From: Burkholderiales bacterium
GTDB taxonomy: Bacteria; Pseudomonadota; Gammaproteobacteria; Burkholderiales; SG8-41
Reading direction: 5' to 3'
Assembly (NCBI GenBank): GCA_022841375.1
Contig: JALHRQ010000015.1
Span: 12,306 to 76,305 of the forward strand
DNA: 64,000 nucleotides
Shown here: in pieces, positions 8,353-19,444 of the stretch
Layout of the letters: each line of letters opens with the position of its first letter
Position numbering within the stretch: the first letter of the stretch is position 1
The notes under the pieces: generated by a model
Told to the model about the DNA's origin: nothing
Database searches by the model: none
What the model saw: the letters and a program-made list of their open reading frames with translations, nothing else
Made by a program: the position numbers and the translations under genes

Positions 8353-11300
8353 TTATTTACCGCAGATCGGGAGATCCTTTTTCTTGTCCTTGTTTTTTTC
8401 GTCTTCCGACTCCATCGCCCCGGTCGACTTCTGCTCTTCCGGCGGCTTGGTGGCCTGGTTCATGGCAACAATCAGCGTGTCGGTCGGCGGCGAAATGGAC
8501 GCGCCGGTGTAAGTCACCATCATGGTGTCACCCAATACAGCCGGACTTCCGTTGGTAAAGAAGCCAGTTTCCGTCAACGCATCATAGAGTGCACCGCTCA
8601 CACCATTGACGGTGAAGCCTCCGCTGGTCAAACCGGTCAGCACCAGCGTGATGGTATCCACCGATCCAGCCTCAATACGCCCCGGGGTCGACAGGGTGCC
8701 ATTAACAAAGACGGAACCACCGACCTGCATCATCACGTCAGGACCGCCGATAATCGACGCATTGTCGACCACCACGTTGCCGCCGGTTTTGACCGTGGTA
8801 TTGCTGGAGTAAGTACCCAGAGTGGTATCGCCATAACCATCGTTGGAATACACGCGGAGATTGCCACCTGCAACAGCGACTGTATTGGCATTGCCATAGG
8901 CATAGTTGTTATAACCCCCGGTGCCGCCAATGTTCAGATTGCCGCCGGCATTGAGCAGAAGGTTTCCTCCTGCATGCACGTATCCGTAATACCCGGTGAT
9001 ATTAATGTCGCCATTAGCCATCAGCGACAGGTCACCACTGGCGTAACCTTCAGCACCGTCAACAGTCAGAGAGCCAGTTGCTCCAATCGCAGCGTTGCCA
9101 TTGGGTGCATATACAGCGTTATAGTTGTAGAGGCGCAGATTACCGGTATTGATTATGCCGATGTCGCCGTTGTAAGAAGAGACACGAAGTTCATTAACCA
9201 GCGTTTCGAGTGGATTGGTAATGGAACCCACACTACCGGAAGCATAGAGTTGCGCTCGTGGCGCCAGGATATTGATCCCCGCATTGCCGTCGATAATCTG
9301 ACCGTTGTTGCTGTCGATATAGATTGAACCGTCGGCGCTCAACTGGCCCAGCGTAATGTCGCCGTTAGCATAGGCGTACACTTCTCCCAGGTAGTAACCG
9401 CCGCCACTCGCAGAAACATTACCCGTAGACGTATTGATCGTTCCGTAAGGAGAATAAAGCGAGACATAGCCTTCACCGCCATCAGGACCGCTTCGACCCA
9501 CAGCCGAGACCGTGGCATTGGCAATGGTCACATTTGAGGAAGTTCCGTACGTATACAAGTAGATGTTCGCCTCACCGCCGGCCCAGGTATATTCCAGACC
9601 CTCCGGACCGGTCACGGCTGCCCCAGCCGTAGCAGTAAGGTTACCGTTGACAGTGAGTGGGCCGTCGCTTGTTAACGTAATGTACGCATTGCCTCCGTAG
9701 CTGCCGCCCGACAAGCCGCCCTGCCCGCCGGCGCCGCCGGTCATGCCGATGGACCCGGTACTCCCCACCGTAAAGGGGTCGCCGGAAGGAGCGTAGTAGT
9801 AATAGTTACTCAAATATAAGCTGGCATTTCCCCCCCGACCGCCGGAAGCCCCGTCGCCTCCGGAACCGCCTAGTCCGGTGATAGAGCCCTGAACCAGAAC
9901 TGGACCCCTGACGTCAGCATAGATCTGCGCATATCCGCCGGCGCCACCTGTGCCATAGCTACCGACACCATGCCCACCATCACCGCCGGTGACGGCAATC
10001 GAGCCGGTGCTGTTTAGCGAGAAACCGCCCACATTGGCATAGACGTAGCCATAACCGCCATCGCTCCCATCAACATCCCACTCGTTGTTGATACCACCAC
10101 CGCCCTTGCCGCCCTGGGAAACAATCGCACCGCCGATTTCCAGAGCGCCGGTGCTGGTCAGATTGACGTTGGCATCTCCGCCGCTACTTGTGCCGTATTC
10201 ATCATTTCCGGAATTGCCGGCGATTGCGGTAATCGATCCCGCGCTGGTCACGCTAATGCTGTTGCTGCCGTCAACGTTGACCGTTGAATCGCCGCCCTCA
10301 GCATAAGCCTCGAGGCCGATTCCAAGCGCATGACCACCCGTCGCCGAAACCGGCGCGGCAATATTGACAACGCCGCCATACAGATTGACGGTCGCGCTGC
10401 CGCCATAATCACCATCATTCCCGTCAGCACCTTTGGCTTCAACCGCACTGTTGACGGCAAGGGTTCCGTCATAGGCGGTCAGGGTGACGGCTGCATTGGC
10501 ACCGGAACCTTCACCCAGCGCACGTACATTCTTGCTGACGGTCAGATTGCCGGTCGTGACAGCAATATCAACCACGGCATTTGAAGAAGTGGCCGTCACA
10601 CCATCAACACCGCCGACACTGCCGATCGTCAAGGACTGGCTGTTGTTGAAACGGAACTCGTTCGCCGAACCGGCCAGCGCATTGACCGCATTGGCTTCCG
10701 TCAGCGAAACATTGCCTGCCACGCTCTTGGCCAGCAACTGATTGGCGGTAATGATCCCTGTCGCAGTCTGAGTGATGTCACTGCCGGCAACCAGATGCAC
10801 ACTTCCACTACCCATGTTGATAGGTGCATTGATCTGGATAAAACCGCCGATTCCCACAGTCGGTCCGGGCGGCAAACTTGGCGCTGTTGCTGGGGTCAGA
10901 GGATCGCCATTCCAACCCGCATACAGCAATGCCCCTCCGGAGGTTGTGTTGCTGATCGGGCTATTAACCTCAATATTATTGTGCGATGCGAGCCGGAGAT
11001 ACGACTGCTTGTCCCAAGACACTGAGTCATTAACATAAATGCTGCCGGCTGACCCGGTAGTGGCGATATCAACGTTAGTTGGTGTTCCGATGATGGTTCC
11101 GGCACTGCCTGAATAGTCAGCTCCCAAAGCCAGCGACAATGAATACCCTGACATATTGCCGCCAGTGGCCGCAATGACAAAATCATCTGGATCGATCAGC
11201 CAGCGTCCAGCCTGACCACCGCCACTGCCCGCCGCGCTAACCCTCGCACTGTCCGCGATATTGACCGTCGCCGCTGAAGTCTCAATAAAACCACCACTAC

Positions 11301-12258
11301 CCGGCGCACCCGATGCAATCGCCGACGCGTCCATCTTGCCGGCGACCTGCGTAACCCCATCGGCCATGCCCGACAGCGCGACAATTTCACCTCCGCTGGT
11401 GCCACGCGCGCTCGTCACGCTGCCGGCTTCCAGATCGGTGCGTTTGGTCGACTTGAGCATGATGCGGCCGCCCTCGGCAACCGCGCTGTCCGCATTCAAC
11501 ACGCCACCCTGCTTGATCAGCCCGGCATAGATGCCGATGCGACCGGCATCAGCGACCACGCTGCCCAGATTGCGCGCTTCGTTGTCACCCGCCTGGATTT
11601 CAACGCGCAGATTCGGCGTGCCGGGATTGACCAGTTCCACGCTGTTGCCCGCTGCCAGCACCACTTCGCCCCCCGGGCTGGTGATGATGCCGTTGTTGGT
11701 GACGGCGTTGCCGACCATATAGACCGGGCCGCCCGAGGCGTTGATCGAGCCCTGATTCACCACCGAACCGGCGCCAGCGCCGTCGGTGAAGTTCATGCGT
11801 CCGGCGAGGAAGTCGGCGTTGGACATGTTCAGCGTCGATGCCACCAGACCGGCGACGTTGATCTGTGAGCCGGCACCAAACAGGATGCCGTTGGGATTGA
11901 TCAGGAACACACGGCCGTTGGACTGCAACGCGCCGAGGATGGCGGAAGGATCCTGCCCGACGACGCGGTTCAACACCGCAGACAGCGCCGAAGGCTGGAT
12001 GAATTTGGTCAACTCGTTGACGCCGATCGAGAACGAACCCCAGTTGATGATCGCGTTATGGCTGTTGGTGACGTTTAGGATGCTGCCCGCCTGTGCGAAG
12101 CTGGCAGTGCCGTGCACCACCGTGGGTACGGTCGGGTTGGCCAGCACGGCGCTGCTGAAGCAGGCGGCGACGGCGAGTGCGGCGGCCTTTGGACGCAGGC
12201 CGAATGCCGGTTGAATGATAGAATTAGGCGTGTTATGCGTAGCGGTTTTTTTGTTCAT
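8353..12258 (-). CDS. TpsA exoprotein with filamentous-haemagglutinin-type TPS domain and a Gly/Tyr-rich beta-solenoid-like passenger
   Basis: 1301 aa with an extended signal peptide. TPS-domain motifs HNAIINWGSFSIG and FLINPNGILFG, then GGFIETSA ... WLIDPDDF. No recognisable C-terminal toxin. Confidence 0.9.
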   Translation of the reverse strand: MNKKTATHNTPNSIIQPAFGLRPKAAALAVAACFSSAVLANPTVPTVVHGTASFAQAGSILNVTNSHNAIINWGSFSIGVNELTKFIQPSALSAVLNRVVGQDPSAILGALQSNGRVFLINPNGILFGAGSQINVAGLVASTLNMSNADFLAGRMNFTDGAGAGSVVNQGSINASGGPVYMVGNAVTNNGIITSPGGEVVLAAGNSVELVNPGTPNLRVEIQAGDNEARNLGSVVADAGRIGIYAGLIKQGGVLNADSAVAEGGRIMLKSTKRTDLEAGSVTSARGTSGGEIVALSGMADGVTQVAGKMDASAIASGAPGSGGFIETSAATVNIADSARVSAAGSGGGQAGRWLIDPDDFVIAATGGNMSGYSLSLALGADYSGSAGTIIGTPTNVDIATTGSAGSIYVNDSVSWDKQSYLRLASHNNIEVNSPISNTTSGGALLYAGWNGDPLTPATAPSLPPGPTVGIGGFIQINAPINMGSGSVHLVAGSDITQTATGIITANQLLAKSVAGNVSLTEANAVNALAGSANEFRFNNSQSLTIGSVGGVDGVTATSSNAVVDIAVTTGNLTVSKNVRALGEGSGANAAVTLTAYDGTLAVNSAVEAKGADGNDGDYGGSATVNLYGGVVNIAAPVSATGGHALGIGLEAYAEGGDSTVNVDGSNSISVTSAGSITAIAGNSGNDEYGTSSGGDANVNLTSTGALEIGGAIVSQGGKGGGGINNEWDVDGSDGGYGYVYANVGGFSLNSTGSIAVTGGDGGHGVGSYGTGGAGGYAQIYADVRGPVLVQGSITGLGGSGGDGASGGRGGNASLYLSNYYYYAPSGDPFTVGSTGSIGMTGGAGGQGGLSGGSYGGNAYITLTSDGPLTVNGNLTATAGAAVTGPEGLEYTWAGGEANIYLYTYGTSSNVTIANATVSAVGRSGPDGGEGYVSLYSPYGTINTSTGNVSASGGGYYLGEVYAYANGDITLGQLSADGSIYIDSNNGQIIDGNAGINILAPRAQLYASGSVGSITNPLETLVNELRVSSYNGDIGIINTGNLRLYNYNAVYAPNGNAAIGATGSLTVDGAEGYASGDLSLMANGDINITGYYGYVHAGGNLLLNAGGNLNIGGTGGYNNYAYGNANTVAVAGGNLRVYSNDGYGDTTLGTYSSNTTVKTGGNVVVDNASIIGGPDVMMQVGGSVFVNGTLSTPGRIEAGSVDTITLVLTGLTSGGFTVNGVSGALYDALTETGFFTNGSPAVLGDTMMVTYTGASISPPTDTLIVAMNQATKPPEEQKSTGAMESEDEKNKDKKKDLPICGK

Positions 12259-12484
12259 ACCACCCCCTGAATCATCGCAACCCGGCAGTCTGCTCGCGGT
12301 GCCCTATGGCTTTCCGCGCCGCAGTCTGCATCTACCCGAAATTATAGGCGGTAATCAAGGGGGAACGGGAGTCCCTGAAACACTTTTTTGCACTGCACTG
12401 TGACAATTCGCACGTCCGCACTGCCACCGTTCAAACCAGAGGAGCGGGAAGACGGACGTCATCCCGGCGCAACAATCGGCGCTG

Positions 12485-13219
12485 TCAGCGGCGCTGACGG
12501 CGCGCCTCGGCCAGACAGATTCCCGCCGAAACCGAGACGTTGAGGCTTTCGACACTGCCGAGCATTGGAATCCGCGCCAGCTCGTCACAGGTTTCACGGG
12601 TCAGCCGGCGCATGCCCTCGCCTTCAGCACCCAGCACCCAGCCCAGCGGGCCGTTGAGTTTGATGCCGTAAAGGTCGTGTTCGGCGCGCTCGTCGGCGCC
12701 CACCAGCCAGATGTTGCGCTCTTTCAATTCACGCATGGTACGAGCGAGATTGGTGACCATGATGTAGGGCACCGAGTCAGCCGCGCCGCTGGCGACTTTG
12801 GCCACCGTCGCATTCAGCCCGACGGCGTGGTCTTTGGGGGCAATCACCGCATGCGCACCCATGCCGTCGGCCACCCGCAGGCAGGCACCAAGATTGTGCG
12901 GATCGGTAACGCCATCAAGAATCAATAGCAGCGGCGATTCGGTGAGCTCATCCAGAACGTCATCGATATGCGTCGGCATTTTCACCGCTTCGACCCGTGC
13001 GGCTACACCCTGATGGCGCGGGTTGCCGGTCATGCCGTCGAGACGCTTGGCGTCGACCATGATCACGCGCACACCCCGCGATTCGGCCAGCGCCAGCAGA
13101 TCCTTGCCGCGCTTGTCATGACGCGCGCTGTCGAAGTAGATCTCCTTCACCACGCCTTCGCGCTGACGCAGCCGGCTGGTGACCGCATGAAAACCGTGGA
13201 TCAGTTGCAGGTCGCTCAT
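12485..13219 (-). CDS. rlmB: 23S rRNA (guanosine-2'-O)-methyltransferase
   Basis: 244 aa. SpoU/TrmH motifs ([25 protein letters not shown]). Immediately downstream of rnr, as in E. coli. Confidence 0.9.
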   Translation of the reverse strand: MSDLQLIHGFHAVTSRLRQREGVVKEIYFDSARHDKRGKDLLALAESRGVRVIMVDAKRLDGMTGNPRHQGVAARVEAVKMPTHIDDVLDELTESPLLLILDGVTDPHNLGACLRVADGMGAHAVIAPKDHAVGLNATVAKVASGAADSVPYIMVTNLARTMRELKERNIWLVGADERAEHDLYGIKLNGPLGWVLGAEGEGMRRLTRETCDELARIPMLGSVESLNVSVSAGICLAEARRQRR

Positions 13220-13271
13220 GGTTGCTTAAAAGTCATGCACTTATAAATAATTGTTTTTATTTATTTTTTTA

Positions 13272-15458
13272 TTAATTGGCCAGGACAAAATCAATGCGCG
13301 AGGCCCCCAGGTCTACGCGGGCGATTTTGACCCGCAGCCGGTCGCCGAGGCGGTAACGCTGCTTGGTGCGCTCACCCATCAACTCATGCCGGGCTGCGTC
13401 ATACTTGTAGTAATCCTTGCCCATGTCGGAAATGTGCACCAACCCTTCGACATAGACGTCGTCGAGCGCGACAAACGCACCGAAGGCCGCCACACCGGCA
13501 ATGCTGCCCATGAAGGTTTCGCCAACACGGTCACGCATGTAATAACACTTCAGCCACGCCGTCACGTCGCGCGTGGCCTCGTCGGCCCGGCGTTCGGTCA
13601 TCGAGCATTGCGCACCGAGTTGCTGCCAGTCGCCCGGGTTGTAAGTACCGCCGATCAGCACCGCCTTGATCGCGCGGTGCACCAGCAGATCGGGATAGCG
13701 GCGGATCGGCGAGGTGAAATGGGTGTATGAATCGTAGGCAAGACCAAAGTGACCGGCATTTTTCGGCGTGTACACGGCCTGCTTCAGTGAGCGCAGCATT
13801 ACCGTCTGCAGCAACTGTTCGTCCGGACGCCCTTTGACCTTGGACAGCAGCTTGGCGTAATCAGACGCATGCGGCGTCTCGCCGCCGGGTAACTGCAAAC
13901 CAAATCCCTTTAAGAAATCGCGCAGCGCTGCGAGTTTCTCCGGCGTTGGACCTTCATGCACCCGGTACAGCACCGGATGACCGCGTTCGCGCAGGAAGTC
14001 CGATGTGCAGACGTTAGCTGCCAGCATGCATTCTTCAATCAAACGGTGCGCGTCGTTGCGGATCACCGGCACGATGTTTTCGATTTTGCCCTTGTCATCG
14101 AAAATCATCTGGGTTTCGATGGTCTCGAAATCGATCGCACCGCGCTTGGCGCGTGCCTTCGCCAACTGGTGATAAAGCTTGTACAAAGTCTGCAGGTGGG
14201 GCACCAGCGCCTTGCGCCGGCGCGCGGCCGGGCCTCGCAGGTCCTCGAGGATGGCCGCGACTTCGGTGTAAGTGAACCGCGCATGTGACAGCATCACCGC
14301 CTGATAAAACTTGTAACCTTTGACGTGACCGTGGCTGTCGATCTGCATGTCGCAGACCATCGCCAGCCGCTCGACATCGGGATTAATCGAACACAGACCG
14401 TTGGACAGCGCCTCGGGCAGCATCGGAATCACCCGGCGCGGGAAATACACCGAATTGCCGCGGTTGCGCGCCTCGACATCCAGCGCGTCACCCTCCTTGA
14501 CGTAATGACTGACGTCGGCAATCGCCACCACCAGCCGGAAACCGCTGCCGACCGGTTCGGCGTACACCGCATCGTCAAAGTCGCGCGCGGTTTCGCCATC
14601 GATGGTGACCAGCGGCAAGTCGCGCAGATCAATGCGGCTTTTGTGGTCGGTACTACGCACGCCCTTGGGCAATTTGGCGGCAATGGCCTCGGCTTCTTTC
14701 GGAAATATCCACGGCAGCGTGTGTTTGCGCAGCGCAATTTCGATTTCCATGCCGGGATCGGCGTAATTGCCAAGCACCTCGACTACACGTCCCAACGGCT
14801 TGCTTTGACGACCCGGCTGCGAAATGATTTCAACGGTGACCACCTGCCCCGCTTTCGCCTTGCCGGATTCGCCCGTCGGAATCACAAAATCCTGGCTGAT
14901 GCGTTTGTCTTCGGCTGCAACGAAACTCACGCCGTGTTCGACGTGCAGGCGGCCGACAAAACGCGTCTGGCCATGCTCCAGCACTTCGACAATCTTGCCC
15001 TCAGGCCGGCCACGGCGGTCCGTGCCGGAAATACGCGCCATCACACGGTCGCCGTGCAGCACTTTCTGCATCTCTCCCGAACCGAGGAACAGATCAGGGC
15101 CACCCTCGTCGCGCACCAGAAATCCGAAACCGTCCTTGTGGCCCAGCACGCGGCCTTTGACGAGATCGAGTTTTTCAGCGACACATAAATCACCGCGACG
15201 GTTGCGCATGATCTGGCCGTCGCGCTCCATCGCGGCGATACGGCGATTAAACGCCTCACGTTCACGCTTGCGAATGTCGAGTTCACGCGCGAGATCGGCT
15301 TCCTCAAGCGGCACTCCAGCCTCGACCATGACCTCAAGAATCAATTCGCGGCTGGGTACGGGATGCTCGTATAGCCCCGCCTCACGCTCGTGGTGAGGAT
15401 CATTTTGGCGACGTGAGCCTTTAGAGCCGCTTGCAGTGGATTTTTTGGGTTTTTTCAT
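13272..15458 (-). CDS. rnr: ribonuclease R
   Basis: 728 aa. RNB catalytic region (DGETARDFDDAVY, YFPRRVIPMLPE) and a C-terminal S1 domain. Confidence 0.93.
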   Translation of the reverse strand: MKKPKKSTASGSKGSRRQNDPHHEREAGLYEHPVPSRELILEVMVEAGVPLEEADLARELDIRKREREAFNRRIAAMERDGQIMRNRRGDLCVAEKLDLVKGRVLGHKDGFGFLVRDEGGPDLFLGSGEMQKVLHGDRVMARISGTDRRGRPEGKIVEVLEHGQTRFVGRLHVEHGVSFVAAEDKRISQDFVIPTGESGKAKAGQVVTVEIISQPGRQSKPLGRVVEVLGNYADPGMEIEIALRKHTLPWIFPKEAEAIAAKLPKGVRSTDHKSRIDLRDLPLVTIDGETARDFDDAVYAEPVGSGFRLVVAIADVSHYVKEGDALDVEARNRGNSVYFPRRVIPMLPEALSNGLCSINPDVERLAMVCDMQIDSHGHVKGYKFYQAVMLSHARFTYTEVAAILEDLRGPAARRRKALVPHLQTLYKLYHQLAKARAKRGAIDFETIETQMIFDDKGKIENIVPVIRNDAHRLIEECMLAANVCTSDFLRERGHPVLYRVHEGPTPEKLAALRDFLKGFGLQLPGGETPHASDYAKLLSKVKGRPDEQLLQTVMLRSLKQAVYTPKNAGHFGLAYDSYTHFTSPIRRYPDLLVHRAIKAVLIGGTYNPGDWQQLGAQCSMTERRADEATRDVTAWLKCYYMRDRVGETFMGSIAGVAAFGAFVALDDVYVEGLVHISDMGKDYYKYDAARHELMGERTKQRYRLGDRLRVKIARVDLGASRIDFVLAN

Positions 15459-15496
15459 TTGAATAAATAGCTTTCATGGGCTAGAATCGCGCCCTT

Positions 15497-15581
15497 GCCC
15501 AGATGGCGGAATTGGTAGACGCACCAGCTTCAGGTGCTGGCGGGTAATACCGTGGAGGTTCGAGTCCTCTTCTGGGCACCA
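15497..15581 (+). tRNA. tRNA-Leu (anticodon CAG), type II with long variable arm
   Basis: GCCCAGA acceptor stem pairing with TCTGGGC, then A-CCA. D-arm GGCGGAATTGGTAGACGC, anticodon loop cTTCAGGt, T-arm GGTTCGAGTCC. Confidence 0.93.
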
Positions 15582-15613
15582 AAGTAGACGATAGACGTAG
15601 TTAGTATCGGGCA

Positions 15614-15650
15614 GGCAGGGCACGGCAACATCAACAAGCCGTGCCCTGCC
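15614..15650. terminator. long hairpin between tRNA-Leu and the purA stop (bidirectional terminator candidate)
   Basis: ggcagggcacggc-N11-gccgtgccctgcc, a perfect 13-bp stem lying between convergent transcription units. Confidence 0.6.
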
Positions 15651-15656
15651 GTGCCA

Positions 15657-16961
<1,305 letters not shown>

Positions 16962-17028
16962 TCATCTAAGGAGCCATACCGGGTATGGCATAAAATATTA
17001 AATATAAACAATAACTTATGATAATTCA

Positions 17029-18189
17029 TCAATCATCGCATTTTTGCACGACCCAGCGTCCGGCGCGCAGCACCAGTTCACGGTCGCAACCGAGTTCACC
17101 GCGAAAACGGGCGTGCCCCGGCAAATCTTCAATGACTACGATACCCCGGCTACGCAAAGTCGCGATGCGCTGCGCCAACGCACGGTCGGCAGGACGGTAT
17201 GGCGCCAGCACCCGCGACGGCGGGCTGCCTTCGCTGGCAGCCGCAGCCAGTTCCCGCATATCCATGCTGAAGCCGGTCGCCGGGCGCGCGCGGCCGAAGG
17301 CCTTGCCGACTTCGTCGTAACGGCCGCCCTGCGCCACCGCATTGGGCCGCGCATTTGAATATGCCGCAAACACCACGCCGCTGTGATAGTGATAACCGCG
17401 CAACTCACCGAGATCAAAACTGCGGATCTTCGCCAGATCGGCAAGCGGCCGCGACAGCGCTGTCAGATCGCGCAAGGCGCCGCGGATTTCCGGCAGCGCC
17501 GGCAATACGCGTTTCGCACGCGCCAACACTTCGACGCCACCGTAAAGCCCCGGCAGTTCAGCGAGTGCGGCCTTGGTAACCCGATCAAGACCCTTGGTCA
17601 ATGCGTTGATTGCGGTGACATCCTTGGACTGCATCGCCTGGAACAGGTCGGCTTCGAGTCCGCGCGACACACGGCCCCGGCGCAGCAGCGAACGGAACAC
17701 CGCGACATGACCGATGTCCAGCGACACGTCGCGGATATCGGCAAGACGCAGCGCGCGCAGCAGCAAACGCTGCACTTCGATATCGCTTTCAATGCCGGCA
17801 TGGCCGTAGATCTCAGCGCCGATCTGCAGCGGCTCCCGGGTGCGGTTCAAGCCCGGCAGCGTGCGCAGCACACTGCCCGAATAACAGAGCCGGGTGATGC
17901 CGCCGCGGTTCAGCAAGTGGGCGTCGATTCGCGCCACCTGCGGCGTGATGTCGGCGCGCACGCCCAGCATCCTGCCAGTGAGCTGGTCGACCAGCTTGAA
18001 GGTCTGCAGATCCAGATCGTGCCCGGTACCGGTCAGCAGCGAATCCACATATTCCAGCAGCGGCGGCATCACCAGTTCATAGCCGTGCACCGCGAAATCG
18101 TCGAGGATGAGCCGGCGCAGCCGCTCAATGCGGCGCGCCTCGGCGGGGAGGATGTCCTCAATATATTCAGGCAGCAGCCAGGTTCTCAT
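17029..18189 (-). CDS. hisZ: ATP phosphoribosyltransferase regulatory subunit
   Basis: 386 aa. HisRS-like catalytic core without an anticodon-binding domain. Lies upstream of purA, the typical betaproteobacterial position. Confidence 0.85.
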   Translation of the reverse strand: MRTWLLPEYIEDILPAEARRIERLRRLILDDFAVHGYELVMPPLLEYVDSLLTGTGHDLDLQTFKLVDQLTGRMLGVRADITPQVARIDAHLLNRGGITRLCYSGSVLRTLPGLNRTREPLQIGAEIYGHAGIESDIEVQRLLLRALRLADIRDVSLDIGHVAVFRSLLRRGRVSRGLEADLFQAMQSKDVTAINALTKGLDRVTKAALAELPGLYGGVEVLARAKRVLPALPEIRGALRDLTALSRPLADLAKIRSFDLGELRGYHYHSGVVFAAYSNARPNAVAQGGRYDEVGKAFGRARPATGFSMDMRELAAAASEGSPPSRVLAPYRPADRALAQRIATLRSRGIVVIEDLPGHARFRGELGCDRELVLRAGRWVVQKCDD

Positions 18190-18309
18190 GGCAAACGTTC
18201 AAAAGGGGGCAAATAGGGGGGAAATCGTTAATACAGTCAAAACGTCAAAACCGGGGCTGTGGGCCCGTTGGTCCGGGCAAAGCGCACATTATAGAAGCTT
18301 GGGGGAGCC

Positions 18310-18498
18310 TCAACCACGCAAGAAATAAAGCAAGATCAGGCCGGCCAGCATAGAGCTTAAGCCCACAAAGCGCAGTTGGCCGTCATTCATCTCGATCAGC
18401 CGCCGAAAGGTCTCGCGCCAGGCGTTGGGGACAAGGAAGGGCATCAGCCCCTCGATCACCAGCATCAGGGCGAAGGCGGTCAGCAGGTTGTCAGTCAT
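18310..18498 (-). CDS. DUF2065 (YjeT-like) small membrane protein
   Basis: 62 aa from the ATG at 18498, with two hydrophobic helices. Occupies the conserved slot between hflC and hisZ/purA. Confidence 0.75.
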   Translation of the reverse strand: MTDNLLTAFALMLVIEGLMPFLVPNAWRETFRRLIEMNDGQLRFVGLSSMLAGLILLYFLRG

Positions 18499-18562
18499 CG
18501 GCGGGTCGCTGCATCGCGTGCTGATCCGCATTCAACGGGCGCGGCCCGAAGGCCGACCCTGA

Positions 18563-19444
18563 TTACTTGCCGCCAGCCTTGCCACCCGATTTCATGTATT
18601 TGAAGAATTCGGAGTTCGGTTCCAGCACCAGAACGTCGCTCTTGTTCTTGAAGCTGGCGCGGTAAGCCTCGAGACTGCGGTAGAAGGCGTAGAACTCGGG
18701 GTTGATCTCATAAGCCTTGGCATAAATCGCCGAGGCCTTGGCATCACCCTCACCCTTGATCCGCTGCGCATCACGGTAAGCTTCAGCAAGGATGACTTCT
18801 TTCTGCTTGTCAGCGTCGGCGCGGATTTTCTCCGATTCCGCCGAACCGGTCGAACGCAGTTCATTGGCCACCCGCTTGCGTTCAGCTTCCATCCGGCGAT
18901 ACACCGACTCGCTGACTTCCTGCGGCAAATCGACCCGCTTCAGGCGCACGTCCAGGACTTCTACGCCAATCTTCAAGGCATCTTCGTTGGCCTTGTTGCG
19001 CATCAGTTCCATGATCTTGTCACGCTCGCCCGAAACCACGTCATGCACCGTGCGATTGCCGAACTCGGCACGCAGGCCGTCATTGATGGTCTGCAGCAGC
19101 CGTGTCTGTGCGCGCATTTCATCGCCGGCGACCGAGGTGTAGTAGTTGCGCACATCGGTGATCCGCCATTTGACGAACAGGTCAACGAGAACGTTTTTCT
19201 TCTCTGACGTCAGGAAACGCTCGGGCTCCGCGGTATCGATGGTGAGGATGCGCACGTCAAAAAAGCGCACGTTGTCGAGCAGCGGCACCTTGAAATACAG
19301 GCCCGGGTCCTTCTTGATCGACACCACTTCACCGAGACGGAACACGATGGCGTTCTGGCGCTGATCCACCACGAACATCGACATACCGAGTACCAGCAGC
19401 AGCGCAATGGCGCCGGCGATTATCGCTCCAAAATTATGTTTCAT
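18563..19444 (-). CDS. hflC: protease modulator HflC (SPFH/band-7)
   Basis: 293 aa with an N-terminal TM helix and an SPFH domain. Its start overlaps the hflK stop. Confidence 0.92.
   Translation of the reverse strand: MKHNFGAIIAGAIALLLVLGMSMFVVDQRQNAIVFRLGEVVSIKKDPGLYFKVPLLDNVRFFDVRILTIDTAEPERFLTSEKKNVLVDLFVKWRITDVRNYYTSVAGDEMRAQTRLLQTINDGLRAEFGNRTVHDVVSGERDKIMELMRNKANEDALKIGVEVLDVRLKRVDLPQEVSESVYRRMEAERKRVANELRSTGSAESEKIRADADKQKEVILAEAYRDAQRIKGEGDAKASAIYAKAYEINPEFYAFYRSLEAYRASFKNKSDVLVLEPNSEFFKYMKSGGKAGGK

Noticed and set aside
6500-12258. Contact-dependent inhibition (CdiBAI) or haemolysin (ShlBA) identity for the TPS pair.
   Set aside because: There is no VENN/pretoxin motif, no discrete C-terminal toxin domain and no downstream immunity ORF. 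The passenger is far shorter than typical CdiA and lacks ShlA-like features that I can recognise.
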